Both the position numbers and the translations under genes were made by a program. A stretch of DNA of 64,000 nt from assembly GCA_951406725.2 (NCBI GenBank), contig OX597818.1, positions 67,146,001 to 67,210,000 on the forward strand, given 5' to 3'. Within the stretch, counting starts at the first letter, position 1. Every line of letters begins with the position of its first letter. This DNA comes from Octopus vulgaris. Taxonomy: Eukaryota. Shown piece by piece: positions 48,653 to 62,363 of this stretch. A model generated the notes under the pieces. It worked only from the letters and a program-made list of their open reading frames with translations, did not search any database and was not told the origin of the DNA.

Positions 48653-50334
48653 AAATGTTCTATTAATATAATTCTTGGTATTTCGCAAGACATAACAAAT
48701 TTTGTGAAATATTGTTTCATTATTTTTAATAAAAATATATAAAACTATACGCAACTTGAAAATAGAGACATTGATTTTATTATCGTTTGAAAATAACATT
48801 TCTTATCAAGAAAGTTTTCAATGAGAAACTCTTGAAAGGTATTTTCTTTTTAAAGATACCACTACGTGTAACATCTTTGCCGCATGATACTCAGAACACT
48901 CAACGCTTTTTGGTAATTTCTCTTTATACAAATATATTCGTTGGAAGATCTTGATTGATATTTTTAGCTGAAGGCAGACATTTATGAAACTGCATTGTTT
49001 GTATACTTCAGCCATTGCTACGATGAAGACGAAGTTGACTTCGCAATATATGAGACAAATAATGACAAGTTAGCTTGGAAATTCTGGAAATGTCTAGAAG
49101 ACCAGAGATAATTGCTGAGATAAATACGATTGTTCTAGACATTTTCAAGTTCATTGGCATTTCCATTCGATGATCTTTCTTGGTATTGGAAAATAAGAAC
49201 GGCAACACTTGCTGATTGGACTTAACCTGAGAGAAGAATATAAACAAATTACACGTATGGGAATCTCCTCCATAGATGAGACGTTAGCTTAGCTGTGTCC
49301 CACTTCTGATCATTTTGTGGTATTCATAGCTATTGAGTGACTGTGACAAAGCCATATTATATGCTTCTGTTTTGTAAGTTTATGGCAAATGGTTTGTAAG
49401 ACATTTCACTGCGTATCTGCTTCTGCAGTTAGCTGGAATAAATCTATGCATTAATATCACTGTACGCAAATCAAAAGGGCGTTAGCTCTGATCACACTGT
49501 CACTCGGAAGACAATATGAACGAAATTCTCAACTGATCTCAGATAGAGCATTCCTTCCTTTAATAGGATATACTACAGCTTTACATTTATGAATACAACA
49601 AATGCACCATGTTTATTAAATATATTTTAAAGGACGGAAAATATGGGAATTTTTAATGAAGAAAATTCAAAATAAGACGTGTAATTATTGTGTTCCTCAT
49701 AATTTTTCTATGCTGAATTAGAATTAATTTTTCGCAGAATGTAATCTCTTTTGCCAGTTGTTCATATTAAACAGGCATTTTTTATGGTGCAATCTTACCC
49801 TTTGTATTTCTAAAACATCGTACTTTACAATTACCAACAAACATATTCCTTCCGATGAAAAATATCATGCCAAATACCATAGCTGACCAAAAATATCATG
49901 TTATAAACTTGGCTGTGCTTCAATTTGTGAAATGATTTTAAATGAACGAAAATATACAGTCTAGAATTTGGTTGCTTTAACGCCTTGGACCTCCGCCACT
50001 TATTTATAATGTAAATACATTATTTATATTATAAACGTAAATCAATTGGTTATATAATGTATCAATATCGTCTTGGGTATTGTGACCTTCGGTCCAGTTC
50101 AATATCCTATAGTACGTGGTGTGTATCTTATCTGAATCAAATCTCTATTTTATTAAGTTTAGAAAATGAAAAATATCAGAAAATTGCAGAGGTAATTATA
50201 GGATTTAGGAAAAATTTGATGTAGGTAGATGGAAATATATTTGATAAACATTGATGCATAAAAGTGAAATTTATTAAATTTTGGGCAAATAACAATTGGA
50301 TGAATTCTAAAGAATTATATATTATTTTGTAATC

Positions 50335-50680
50335 CAGGAACAAGGCCCGAAATTTTGGGGGATGGGACCAGTCGATTAGATCGACTCCAGTACGCAACTG
50401 GTAATTAATTTGAACTCATATCGTAAAGATAGACGAAATACCTCTTTCTATTTCTTTACTACCCACAAGGGGCTAAACACAGACGGGAAAAATAAGGAAA
50501 GACAAACGGATTAAGTCGATTACACCGACACCAGTGCGTAACTGGTATTTATTCAATCGACCACGAAAGGATGAGCGGCAAAGTCGACCTCGGCGGAATT
50601 TGAACTCAAAACGTAACGACAGACGAAATACGGCTACGCATTTCGCCCGGCGTGCTAACGTTTCTGCCAGCTCGCCGCCT
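50335..50680 (-). mobile_element. SINE family A, partial dimer
   Basis: Matches the other copies. Confidence 0.85.
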
Positions 50681-51959
50681 TGTATAAATAAAATATTAGA
50701 ATGTGTATAGTCTTAAGTAACCCGTCCGACCTCCTTTGGTAAATTTACACATTATCTTGCATTGGTTTTGAACCAGTTCTTGAAGTAGCAGGCATACAAA
50801 TGCTGGGTGTTTCCTTGACCAATGAATTTGTTGGTAAAATGACACTGAGGTTTCTTTTTTTTAATTCTGGCAGTAAGTCTGGCCGAAATGATGGCAAAAG
50901 CATTGGAATGCGGTAGAGTCACACACGTTGAGATATACAGAGGGAAACGAGTTAGTATAAGGAGGATTTATACCGAAAAATATAGAATGTATATGCAGTG
51001 CTCTCAAGATCCCTCACCTGCTGACGTGCGAATACACAGCTATTGCTAGATCATACTCATATAATAATATGTATACAAAACGCACAGGGACTAATAGCGG
51101 TTACTAATTCACTTTAGGGTATATATGGAGGTATATACTCAACTGAAAGGCACCAGTCGTATATATATATATACATATACATACATATGTGTGCTTGTGT
51201 GTCCCTCTACATAGTTTGACAACTGGTGATACTGTAACTAGGTCCCTGTTACTTAGCAGTTGGACAAAGGTCTAAATTTCAAGCCAGATTCTTTAACCTG
51301 GTGCACTAGCATAGTCGCATTCACAGGGCTGGAATAGATCGAAGATGAAAGATGAAAACATATGTATGTGCGTGTCTGCGTGCGCTCGCCTCTATAAAAC
51401 AATGTAGTAACAGCTATAATTTATAATACCATTAAGATAATTCGAATATGGATTTGTGAATATATTTCCCATACGTGTCCAACTTTGCATGTACCTTTTT
51501 ATAAGACACCCTCATGTCCTTGCGCCTACCACACCTCTATGTGCTACTGTATTTGCATTACCTTCGCAATGTTACTCTCACCATTGACACACTGTATGAT
51601 TCAGTTATTCACATTTTGCAAAGTATATTCTGCATCATTGCGCATGATTTGTGCTAAAGGAAGTGGATACATGTATGTTAACACGATACGTTGATTCAAT
51701 TTTTCCTCTATAATGTTCCGTTTTCTTACGTCTTAAAAGAACATGTTATCAATAATTATTATAGTAATGCTATTTCAAAAATATAGTATGGCCAAAGGCA
51801 CACAGAAAAAACGTTGGCACAAGTATCAATAAGAAAATTAGCAAAATTGACGTCAAACACTTAAAATCCAGAATCTATCATCATAATTCTCTTCGGATTT
51901 ACCAAAGGGAGAATATGTCTTTAATTTGCTCGTCTCTCACTCTGTCTTCTTCGCCTTCT

Positions 51960-52860
51960 CTCTGTTTCATTAGCATCAGCTGTAGCCATCCTGATTTTAA
52001 GAGAAGATGATATAAGTGGATTATCTGTAATTGCTTGTTCCTTGCAGATCACACACTGAACACTAATGAGGTATTGCTATTAGACCTCCGAGCGCAACAC
52101 TTACTACAGAATGTCACATATCTTTTAAACACCTTTTGGCAACTGCCACATAGATTCATGGATACTTTCATGGTGATTGATCAGGTTTTCATACATAATT
52201 TCCTTTGTTATATGTCAACCGAGTTCTCAATGTAATCCGTTAACCTTTTGCAGTAATTATCATATTCTATGTACATCATTTATTTGCACACACAACTAAG
52301 GAACCATGAATATTCCTGATGTGCTGAATCGTTTCCTAGGAGATCGTGCATTCAGAGATTTTGCATTCCATTATACATGTAATTAGCCCATACTTCGAAA
52401 CCTTTTCTTCTCCAAACTACCCATAGGCATCTGTTGCATATTTCCATTATTCTTAAGTATTTTGCCGTATGATTGAGCATAGATCCAAACATAATTTAGC
52501 TTCCAAAATTTCTCTCAATACTTTTAGTTAGTGAAAACCTTTAATGGTTAGGGTATTCGTTTTAGAATATTTAGCTTGAATTAAAAATGGTATTGCGGAA
52601 TTACATGTGTTTGAACATCATTCGGAATCTTCTTCAAACCACATCTTGTGTAGCAGACGATGGAATGTGTTTCAAGTGAAGACACTCAGCTCCCCAGTGG
52701 ATTCGTCTCTTGTAAAAAGGTTTGGATGTATAGGAATAAGTCGCCATATTTACTAAGAAAATGCTTTGCAGTTGATTCCTGCTTGTTATCTTGACGTACG
52801 TACTGACTTAGTCTAAAACATCTAAATATCTTGCCAGAAGACGGTGCTTTCAATTGAATT
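51960..52860 (-). pseudogene. Decayed PARP1-like relic (regulatory and catalytic fragments followed by a zinc-finger fragment)
   Basis: Minus strand: MQQMPMGSL (52439-52413; cf. KMPLGKL), MYE..WQLPKG..HSV (52196-52100; cf. [20 protein letters not shown]), then CVICKE...KIRMA (cf. CKKCSE..SLRMA). Confidence 0.4.
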
Positions 52861-53799
52861 ATTAAATTTCACTTCATTTTAATGTATGTTCCTCTACACG
52901 AGTGTATATTAAAAAAATCTGTACGAAAAATGAATGATGCGAGAGAGAGAGATAAAGGGAAAGGAATTAGAAATAGTAAGACGCCAAAATATATTGATCG
53001 AAATGGTATATAGAAATGTAACTTCTTTTTTAACAAAAATGAAGGAATAAAAGAAAAAAAACAGCTGTCAGGTTTTCTATTATTTTTGTTATTTGTTTTC
53101 TTCCTTAATATGCCGCTCCTCACCTAACAGATATTGGCATTTCCACAAACACCAAAAAAGACTGACATTTCGACAATCATATAAAAATAAATAACAGACT
53201 ACAAACATTGGATGGAATATAATATAAGAATTATTGGTACATTTTTAGATTTGTTAATTAGTCAATAAGTGCAAAGCCTAAAGATTTTATTTTCTCACCT
53301 CCAAAAATAGTTCTGTGTTGACAGCTAAATAATATAAGAAGCTAACAAAACACCGGTATTATTATTATTACTTGGCAGAGTAGCCTTAGTGACGAAACCA
53401 ATGTTTGCCGCATATCTTCAGAAATTGTAGTTCTTGAGTTCAAATTCTTTCGGGTTGGTGTATATGTTATTGCGTTTTCAGGGTTGATAATCCCTTTTAC
53501 TGGAGTATAACGCATCGCCTTACCCTTTCCAAGAACACTCTTTAAGGTGTACAGAAATTATTAATATCCTTAAAGAATCTTTGCTCTTTTACGCATTTGT
53601 ATTTTGTATCTTTGCCAAATTTAATTAAACTGTTTATTAATATACAACACATGATTTCCGATGGTAACAATGAATTGCTTTGATAAATTATCTTTGAAAC
53701 ACTCTCCTACTTTCTGCTCCACATTTCCATTTTAACATCGCGTTGAAGCTTACCTTTTAATTTCTGGTTCATATGAAATTTACTAAGGCCGATACTCAA

Positions 53800-54235
53800 A
53801 CATTTTGGTTTACGTTCTTAAATGACCGTATTAATATTATTGTTCCTTTAATTGGTTTCACCTCTTCCTTTCTCTTTGCTGTCAAACGATCCTGCTATGT
53901 CGATTATAGTTTCTTCTTGGTCGACAAACGCAATATTTGGTCGGCTGTCTTTTACTTTTTGTATGGCATTTTTATAGAAAATTTCTATTCCCAGAAAATT
54001 GTTATAGCTTCATTTTCTTTGCATGTAAAGCATAATTTCAATATATTTCTATAGCATTTTTAACATTTCTGTATATTTTTATTGCTATTTGGAACGTTCT
54101 AGCCCATACATCTTGCACAACTACCAGTGTAATCCCATTGTTAATTTCTCGTTGTCCTCTTCATGTTCCTTTTGAGCAAGTGGTCAGCATCCACTAATTA
54201 TATGTCTAACTCTCTTAGACGATTTTCCTCATAGC
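53800..54235 (-). mobile_element. Degenerate R4/Dong RLE-domain fragment
   Basis: VRHIISGC*PLAQKE...HW*LCKMYGLE...ENEAITIFW...RPNIAFVD..IIDIAG. Confidence 0.7.
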
Positions 54236-54299
54236 TTACATAAATGTGAGGCTGCTGCCTTATTCGTTTTACCCTTGATTGAGAAGGTACGTAACGTAA

Positions 54300-54900
54300 A
54301 GGTTTTTTCTGCACCCAGAATCTGACATTCCGTCTCTTTCTTTAAAATACACTGCTGTAACCATCTCCAGGTTCCATCATTTCCCGTGCAGTAAATTCTC
54401 ATTCCAGATGATGGACCTCATATTACTACTCCTTACGTCTTCGTACACACATAAATTTTCCTCCGTATCTGGATGCTTTCTTTTATTCTCCTTTTCGAGA
54501 ATGGTTATTTATTTTTCTCTCGTTTTTCTCTAATCATTAATATTTTCTTTGTGATGACGTCAGCAGAGGCATACATTAAGGACATTAAATCATTGATATT
54601 CTTATTGTAATTTCCATAAAGACTTCTTTCGCTTTCGCAAGTTCTGATCTTAGCTTTGCTCCATCACATGATTTTAATGATGTTAATCATTATCATCAAG
54701 AACATCATCACCTGTAGTAAGACAAGATGGCATGCAGTCATTCTGGCTGCTTTTGTTCTCAGATGAAACCCCGCCGACGTCGACTTTGTATAAATATAAA
54801 AGAGCCACTCTTATATTTAGGTTTTTGAAAGAGAAAAAGCATTTTCGAAAGACTGTCTTTTCTAGTTTCATTATCTACATCAAATAGTTTCCCTCTGATT
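54300..54900 (-). pseudogene. Possible PARP1 zinc-finger/PADR1 relic
   Basis: IYCTGNDGTWRW (54396-54360; cf. YYCTGDVTAWTKC), with upstream NIRVALL...CMPSCL (cf. VRLSK...YHPGCF). Confidence 0.33.
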
Positions 54901-55064
54901 CTGTACTAGACATATTTCATAAGCCTACTGAATATTCCATTATACTCTCTGCGCTTAGAACACATCTCGTGCCTTCTATTACTGTAGTATTCCTATCACC
55001 GGTTAGTACAGATATCCACCGAGTGAGTCGAAGAAGGAAGGCAAGCATCTTCTATATATAAGCA

Positions 55065-55430
55065 CAGGTGTAGATGTATGGTTAAGAATCTGTTGAACCA
55101 GGTGCTTTGGGATTCAGTCCCACTGAGTGGCACCTGAGGAAAGTGTTTTCTACTACAGCCTCGGATCGACTGATGATTTGTAAGTAAATTTGTTAAATGG
55201 AAAACATGCGCGCGTGTGTGTGTGTGAATGTGTGCCGTGGTGCGTCTGTCCCCGTACGTTTAATGTCTATGCTTTTCTTTTGCCTCCCACCACATAACAC
55301 TATTTGTTGGTTACGTTAAGGTGGCATAACCGGGTGTAAGAAATACAAGTAATGTCATTTATTATTTCTACGAAAGCCTTGTGGGTAGTGCTCCACCGTG
55401 AGCGCAGTGCAGGAACTGAAACACGTAACA
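55065..55430 (+). mobile_element. SINE family B, degenerate
   Basis: TTCAGTCCCACTGAGTGGCACC..AAGTGTTTTCTACTACAGCCTCGG core. Confidence 0.65.
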
Positions 55431-56507
55431 GAAAAATAGTTAGGTAAATCAGTATATGAGAGTAAAAAAATTTGCAACATCTAAAATAATAATTCAAAGA
55501 AGACGAACAACAAGACAAATATGCAAATGACACGGCATAATCAAACGCATAATAATTAGGTAACTCGTAGAAAAGAATTTAAATATGATAAAAATATTTC
55601 AAGGCTACCATAACGTGACTGAATGCGTTTGGTAACGCCTATCGTTTGAAATAATAGAGCAACAACAAGAGGAAGTCACGGTGAAAAGGAAAGAGATAAC
55701 AAAAGATAAGAGATTGAAAGAAAAAGAAAACAAAATATGTGAAAGCAAACGGAAGAGTGAAAGAAAGAAGAATTAATGGAGTACAGAAACGAAAACAAAT
55801 GGTTTGCATTTATGAATATGGATTAAAGAAGATCTATAGATTAGAGATAGTTATATTGAAATTCATGACGCATTTTCAATCGCTAAACTTAAGATGTCAA
55901 TTCATTAAATTATTCCTTGTTGAAGTTTTAAATTTGTGAGAAAATCAATTCGGCGATAATCTTTTTCATTACAAATTAGTCAGTGTTTGATGTTTGTTTT
56001 ATCATAAAGTTATCCGTGGCTTTCTCCAATACCTACGGAGCTTTAGTACACATGTACAGTCTTCCTGTAATCGATATAACAGGTCGAAGTGAGATATTCT
56101 TCACAATCGCCTCATACGAATTGGCAAAGCAGCCGCTTCAACCTAAAATCACAACTCACATTCTTTCACAAATCGACGAACTTTTGAAAAGTTACACACA
56201 CTTAGAACCTTCAAAACCCTGTCATTCATTTCTGTTATGTGTATTCGTTTATTATGTCGGTCTTTGGCTTTCAACATATTTGTTCAGATGCAATAACATA
56301 TGCAGAGAGGACGGCGAATGCTAGACACTTTAGAAATATGGATGGACAACTTTTACTTCCGTTTATTTTCCAAGTTCAAATCCAACTGATATCATTTTAG
56401 CACTTTAGTCCTGTCGTCACTTAGGAAAGAATAACCGTCAAATAATGTGGTTTTCATTGAATGATCATTGTAAGGAACGACTACCTTCTACCGGGCAGTA
56501 ACATTTA

Positions 56508-56719
56508 TAGGGTGGCCCAAAAGTAGGTTTGCAGCCATTGAACTATCTCTTTCTCAATCATTTGTAAACAGTTTAGATCTTAATTATATAAAAACACGTG
56601 AAATCATTATCCTATGCTAATTGAGTTAATTGTAAGAAAAATTTTAATGTAATAAACTGTTTTAAAAGAAATTTAAAGTGACTACGTGATAATTGTAAGC
56701 CTGCTTTTGGGCCACCCTG
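56508..56719. mobile_element. Tc1/mariner-type MITE (about 210 bp)
   Basis: TIRs (T/C)AGGGTGGCCCAAAAG(T/C)AGG(T/C)TT at both ends; TA on the left flank, CA on the right; non-coding interior. Confidence 0.75.
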
Positions 56720-57584
56720 CATATGAGGCATTCAGACACTGCGTCAAGTTTTCTTTTAAAATGTACAAAGAAGGCGAGTTGCATTCAATTATTAATTGCA
56801 CTGATAAAAACAGCATGCCTATTGTTTTATGAGTGCGAAAATATTAATGTTCAAACTTGATGAAATATTTTGTAAATTCGCTCATGGAATGAAGTTATAC
56901 GTAATGTTAAATATATACTTAAATGATTCAATTTTTCCTTTGATTACCAAAACTCAGAGTTTTGTAAATTGCAGTAAAAGTTTAAACTTCAATCCTCCCT
57001 CATTTTTGGCAAAATTGAATGTCTAAAAACAATAGTCAAATTTGTATATCTCAGCAATTATTGATTCTCATATCGATTTTTTACAAATTACGTGATAATT
57101 ATCCTTCAAAACTCAGGATAACGCAAATACCAGCTGACAACCTCATACACTAAGATACTTTCATGGAATGTAAGCCAAATGAGGCTTATTTCTCAGTATA
57201 GCATGACTCTGCGGTTCACACATCTCTTCTATTGGCGTTCCGGTGCTTCGAACCCGTTCATGAAGAATCATTTTTCCTCTTATTAAAAAAAGACATTAAC
57301 AGCGGATATATTACTGGTTTACTGTGATACTGGTTTCCAAGAAAGTGTCGTTTCATGTAGCAGAACAGACGATAGTCGTATGGAGCCAAAGAAGATTAAG
57401 ATGGAGATTCATCAAGCTGTTCAAAGACAAGGTCACACACACAGCAACTGTGTTGGATAATTGTGCTGATGAAACTAGATCCCTACCGTGAATTTTCCTG
57501 GCGTTTGCTCTTGATAGACTTTCGTACCAACCTTAGCAAGTTGGGATGGTGCTCTCCATAGATGGTGTCGACCTTTTGAAGATA

Positions 57585-58876
57585 CGAGGCGCGTTCAATA
57601 AGTAATGCCTCTGACCCACTTGCAGTTGTTTGATCTAGCTGAGATTTTGCATGTGCAATTATCTATATATTTATAGATTAAGTGGTAAACTACAGCTCTG
57701 AACTAATTGTGGTTTCTGATTTACAGGTGTTTGATCTGAGTCAAGTGTGAAATGGAGCCTGTTGAGTGTCGGGCAGTGATCCGCTTTTTATATTTGAAAG
57801 GACGCACACCACGGTAGACTTTTGATGAAATGAAAGTAACTTATGGTGATGATGCCCCATCATATGACCTTGTAAAACGCTGGCATTGTGAATTCAAACA
57901 TGGTCGGAACTCTGTGGAAACAGCTCCCAGATCTGGTCGCCCCCTACTGCTATTGATGAGGCATCTGTCCATCAAGTTGAGGCTGCCATTTTGGAAGATC
58001 GACGTATAACTATTCGGCAAATAGCCCATGAGGTCAGGATTAGTACCGGGTCTGTGGAAACCAATCATTCACGACCATTTGCATATGCAAAAGGTGTCTG
58101 CCAGATGGATTCCCAGGTTGCTCACACCTTTCCGGAAGCAAGAATGCGTCGAGTGCTCGAGGATGAATTTGGAGATGTGCCAAGAAGATGAGTCAACATT
58201 TTTCAAAAGACTGATTGCACAGGATGAAACCTGGCTCCATCACTATGATCCAGAGACAAAAGCCCAGTCAATGCAGTGGAAGCACCGTGACTCACCTCCT
58301 CCAAAGAAGGCAAGGGTGCAGCCCTCTACTAGCAAGGTCATGCTCATAGTCTTCTGGGACCAGGACGGAGTAGTGATGACAGATTTCCTGGCAAAGGGTA
58401 CCACAATTACAGGAGCCTATTATGCTTCACTTTTGAGGAAATTAAGAGAAGCTATCAAAATCAAGAGGCGGGGCAAGATCAGCAAAGGCATCCTCCTCCT
58501 GCAGTACAAAGCGCCGGTCCACAACTCGATGGTCGCCAGATCAGAAGCACAGGTGTGCGGCTATGAACTCCTCCCCCATGCCCCTACTCTCTTGAACTTG
58601 CACCCTCTGATTTTCCTCTCTTCCCAGCCATGAAGTTGGTTTTGAAAGGAAAGCGTTTCCCAGATGATGCAGCCTTGATTTCTGACGTCACGTCGTGGTT
58701 GGAGGACCAAGCTGGGGTCTTCTACAAAAACGGTCTCCAGAGCCGCATCAAACGATGGTAGAAATGTGTAACTCTGGGTGGTTTCTATGTAGAAAAAGAC
58801 TAATAATTGTGCCAAGTTTTGTTGCTCTACTGCTATGGGAGGTGAGTCAGGGGCATTACTTATTGAACGCCCTTCG
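57585..58876 (+). mobile_element. Full-length mariner DNA transposon (about 1.29 kb) with TIRs and TA target duplication
   Basis: TA|CGAGGCGCGTTCAATAAGTAATGCCTCTGAC ... GTCAGGGGCATTACTTATTGAACGCCCTTCG|TA. Confidence 0.93.
57752..58803 (+). pseudogene. Mariner transposase with frameshifts and stops
   Basis: MEPVECRAVIRFLYLKG..., PRSGRP, WIPRLL (WVPHEL-like), QDETWLHHYDPE, VFWD, and a disrupted HDNA/YSPDL region. Confidence 0.9.
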
Positions 58877-61599
58877 TAGTCAATAAACACAATCGCTTTT
58901 GTATTCCGAAAGCTGAGGTCATCAATATCCGTGCAGAGGAAACAACCGCGCCTACTTTGTAGCAGATTGGGAGGATCGTTTCCTCTGTGAGGATTATCTG
59001 TCTCCAGCCCAAGATGATGAATGTAGCACTAGTGCTGGTTAAGAAAATATGAAGGAAACAAGCAGGATTTTCTTCAAGAATGCTAGATTTTGCCGTGGTG
59101 TATTCAGCACGATCTCCTCTTGATCAGGTGTCTGTCGACGTTGCCTACCATGCAGGAGTCTTCCTTGTACTAAGTTCATTGTGTAAAATCTTCTCAACTC
59201 TCTACTTTGATGTACTTAAAGCCTTGGCTATTTGATTTATAGTTAATTGCTTGTCATCTATCACCATGCTGTGGACACGGTCACTGTTTTCATTGACGGC
59301 GGCAGTTGCCGGACCCTGAGATATCGGTCAGCTTCAAGACTCACTCTTCCTCTCCTAAATTCAGCAGTCCACTTTTGAACTGTCGATAATTCTGGGGAAT
59401 CATCTCCCAAAGTAGAAACAACGTCAACTTGAACGTCTTCGTGGGCAATGCTCTATTTCTGCAAGTAATGAAAACACCACGACGCCAAAGTTTCTTAATC
59501 TTTCAAAAGAAATCACTACTAGTTACCACGAAATATGCTCTGAGGTGTTACATGCCAATTAATATTTAAACAATGCATTTATTAATACAATGTTTGAAAT
59601 TAATACGTACAAGATAGCACGGCTCTAACATTGCTCCTTCATAGCTAATCCATGAACATTTTAGTGCATCTTCGTGAGACATGTTGGCTCACATATTGGA
59701 AGCATACCATTTAAATAACTCATTGACATGCAGTGTTCAAATCAACCAGTGCTTCATAACATTTTGACAAAGAAGTTTCCTCATGTTCAAAACGTCTGTA
59801 CGATATAAATATAAGTAGCTCGCTCTACCACAAGTTCGCTTCAAAGATAATATAATAAAATTCTTGCATTTAATTATGACTAGCACTGTTGGTAAAAGCC
59901 ATGATCATGAAAAGTGGCAAACAGTTTTCTCCGTAGAAACATCTCAGTATACAAAAAAAAATTTGTTAAACTGCGAAGCTGTTGTGTGGACGCCCCCAGA
60001 CGATAACGTAGGCTAGCCCAATATGTCGATATAGAGGGAGGAGTCTAGACGTCAGGGTTGAGTAGAGGTCATCCGAACGTGCGATATAAGAGAACCATGC
60101 ACTGCATGTTGCAAGGATAAAATATGTTGCCAAGGTTCGTATAGTTTGCTTTATTTCAAATTTGTTAAACTTGTATTCTTTCATAAATAACAAATCACAA
60201 GTATCTTAAAATACACAGGCAACGCACTGTATGTTAATTTCTGTAGCAACAATATTATATATATGTAAGGTAAAATGGGAGATCTAATTCTGTGCAAATA
60301 TCTTTGTTCAGACATATAAATAAACACCCAACGAAAATTACGAGACAGAGAAATGTATTCTTGCCATCGATTTCATTATTATTTCATTGGACACTGGCGT
60401 ATTTCAACTTCCACTTATTTCAAATGTATTCGTTGTTTTGGCCATTATTATGTTTTGTTGAACCGATCTACCACCGCAATTCCATTTTCTACGTATAACG
60501 AGCACTACATTGTGCAAAATGGTATTTCTTTTTCTAATACATTAAGCATCGATTTAAAGAAATTTGACTGCCATGTGTAGTAGTTGGGGATGCTGTTGGA
60601 TCGGTGTTAAAAAGAAAAACAAAGAACATTGTCTTTCGTAGCGTGTATAATCGCGTTAGACACTCATGCAACATAGATTAAGTAGTGTAAATATTCCAGC
60701 TTCATCTGCGCATCACATACAGAAAAGCCTCTAAGTAATTGCAAACATCTTGCATCTTTCTTTCTATGTATTCCCTTGAAATAATCGTAAGCATGCTAAG
60801 CAGTTTCAGTTAGTTTTGAAAATCATAAAATTACAAGTTACAGCATGTGTTTCTGTGGAAAACCTTTAGAGATTTGCCGAGTAGTTAATGATAATAGACT
60901 GAAATTTACAATGCTGTAAGCAAATTAGCCTGTAGCTACATGACAGATTCCTAAATAGACACAATGAAGCCAACAGCTACTTATGGTAAGTATCATTTGA
61001 AGTATTTGCCAAATCTATTTATCTAATTACACATCACAGAAGAAATCGCACACCCCTGTCGAGCTTGCTTAGTAATTCTGTTCTATAAATGCAAACTTTA
61101 AATTCTTTGGCTTTTGCTGTGAGAAATCTGTTTCGAAATGCCTGATATGACGTTATAGATGCTTTCATATAAATTAAGTGTTTACGCGGAGATGTATACG
61201 AACTGGATATACAGTATAATAGAGATATTAGAGTTCCTATGAACAAGATTTAAATAACAAATCAAATAATTATAAAATAGGCTGACAACTATTTATTAAA
61301 AGCATAGGAAAACAACCATATACTTCTTCAAAAATAATTTCTCATCGTTTTATTTACTACTCGAACCTAGAAACGCGTTCCAAAATAGCTCTTATGTCAA
61401 GAAAGTTTAAAACAAACAAGAAGAGTAGAATAGAGAAATAAGTAATTTCCAAATGACATTTTCTTTACATCTATGGACATATTTTGAATGTGAATTTATG
61501 TAGCATAGACCCCTAGTAATAATCTCATTATCGATTTTGTCATCTACACCCATCCGTAATTTAGCTAACATCTGGAAATAGATGACAAATCTTTATCAC

Positions 61600-61746
61600 A
61601 CGAGTGTGTTCAAATATGTGTGTATATATATGCATATATATTTATGTGTGTATATGTATATATAAACATATATATATATGTGTGTGTGTGTATGCATATA
61701 TATGTATATACATGTGCGTATTGCATGTATGTATATATATATATAA

Positions 61747-61795
<49 letters not shown>

Positions 61796-61921
61796 CATAC
61801 ATAGGCAAAGCATCGTATGTTAATTTCTGCGGTAACAATATTACATATATTTAAGATAAAATGGTAGAATACTGTGCAAATAACAGCAAATATCTTTGTT
61901 CAGACATATAAAGAAACACCC

Positions 61922-62006
<85 letters not shown>

Positions 62007-62115
62007 AGAGAGAGAGAGAGAGAGAGATACATACATATATATATATATATATTCAGATGCTGAATTTTTATGCATAAATTCCCATACACACACACACACA
62101 CACACACACACGTGT
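61600..62115. repeat. (TA)n/(GA)n/(CA)n microsatellite block
   Basis: Directly visible. Confidence 0.93.
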
Positions 62116-62363
62116 ATATGTTTAAAAGTTTGAATGTTGATTCGTCCTTTAATTTGAGTGGTTTCCCAAAAAATATCCAACGTTCATTCTTCATACTTCG
62201 CTGAGATTTTACTAGTGTAAATTTACGTAGATATGCAAAGTAGTATTAGTATATTAACTGCATGATAAATTTATGAAACGAAGTTCTGTGAATCTAATTC
62301 TATTTGTAAAAAAAGGAGGCGGTAAGTTGATAAGAATGTATCTATCTATCTATATATCTATCT

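Larger units (their letters stand above)
57280..59680 (-). mobile_element. Older degenerate mariner element, split by the younger mariner
   Basis: Minus strand TLGDDSPELSTVQKWTAEFRRGR...LTINQIA...ILHNEL...IVFIDY | LQKVDTIYGE...RKSIKSKR...FHQHN...LAPYDYRLF reads continuously across the insertion. Confidence 0.8.
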
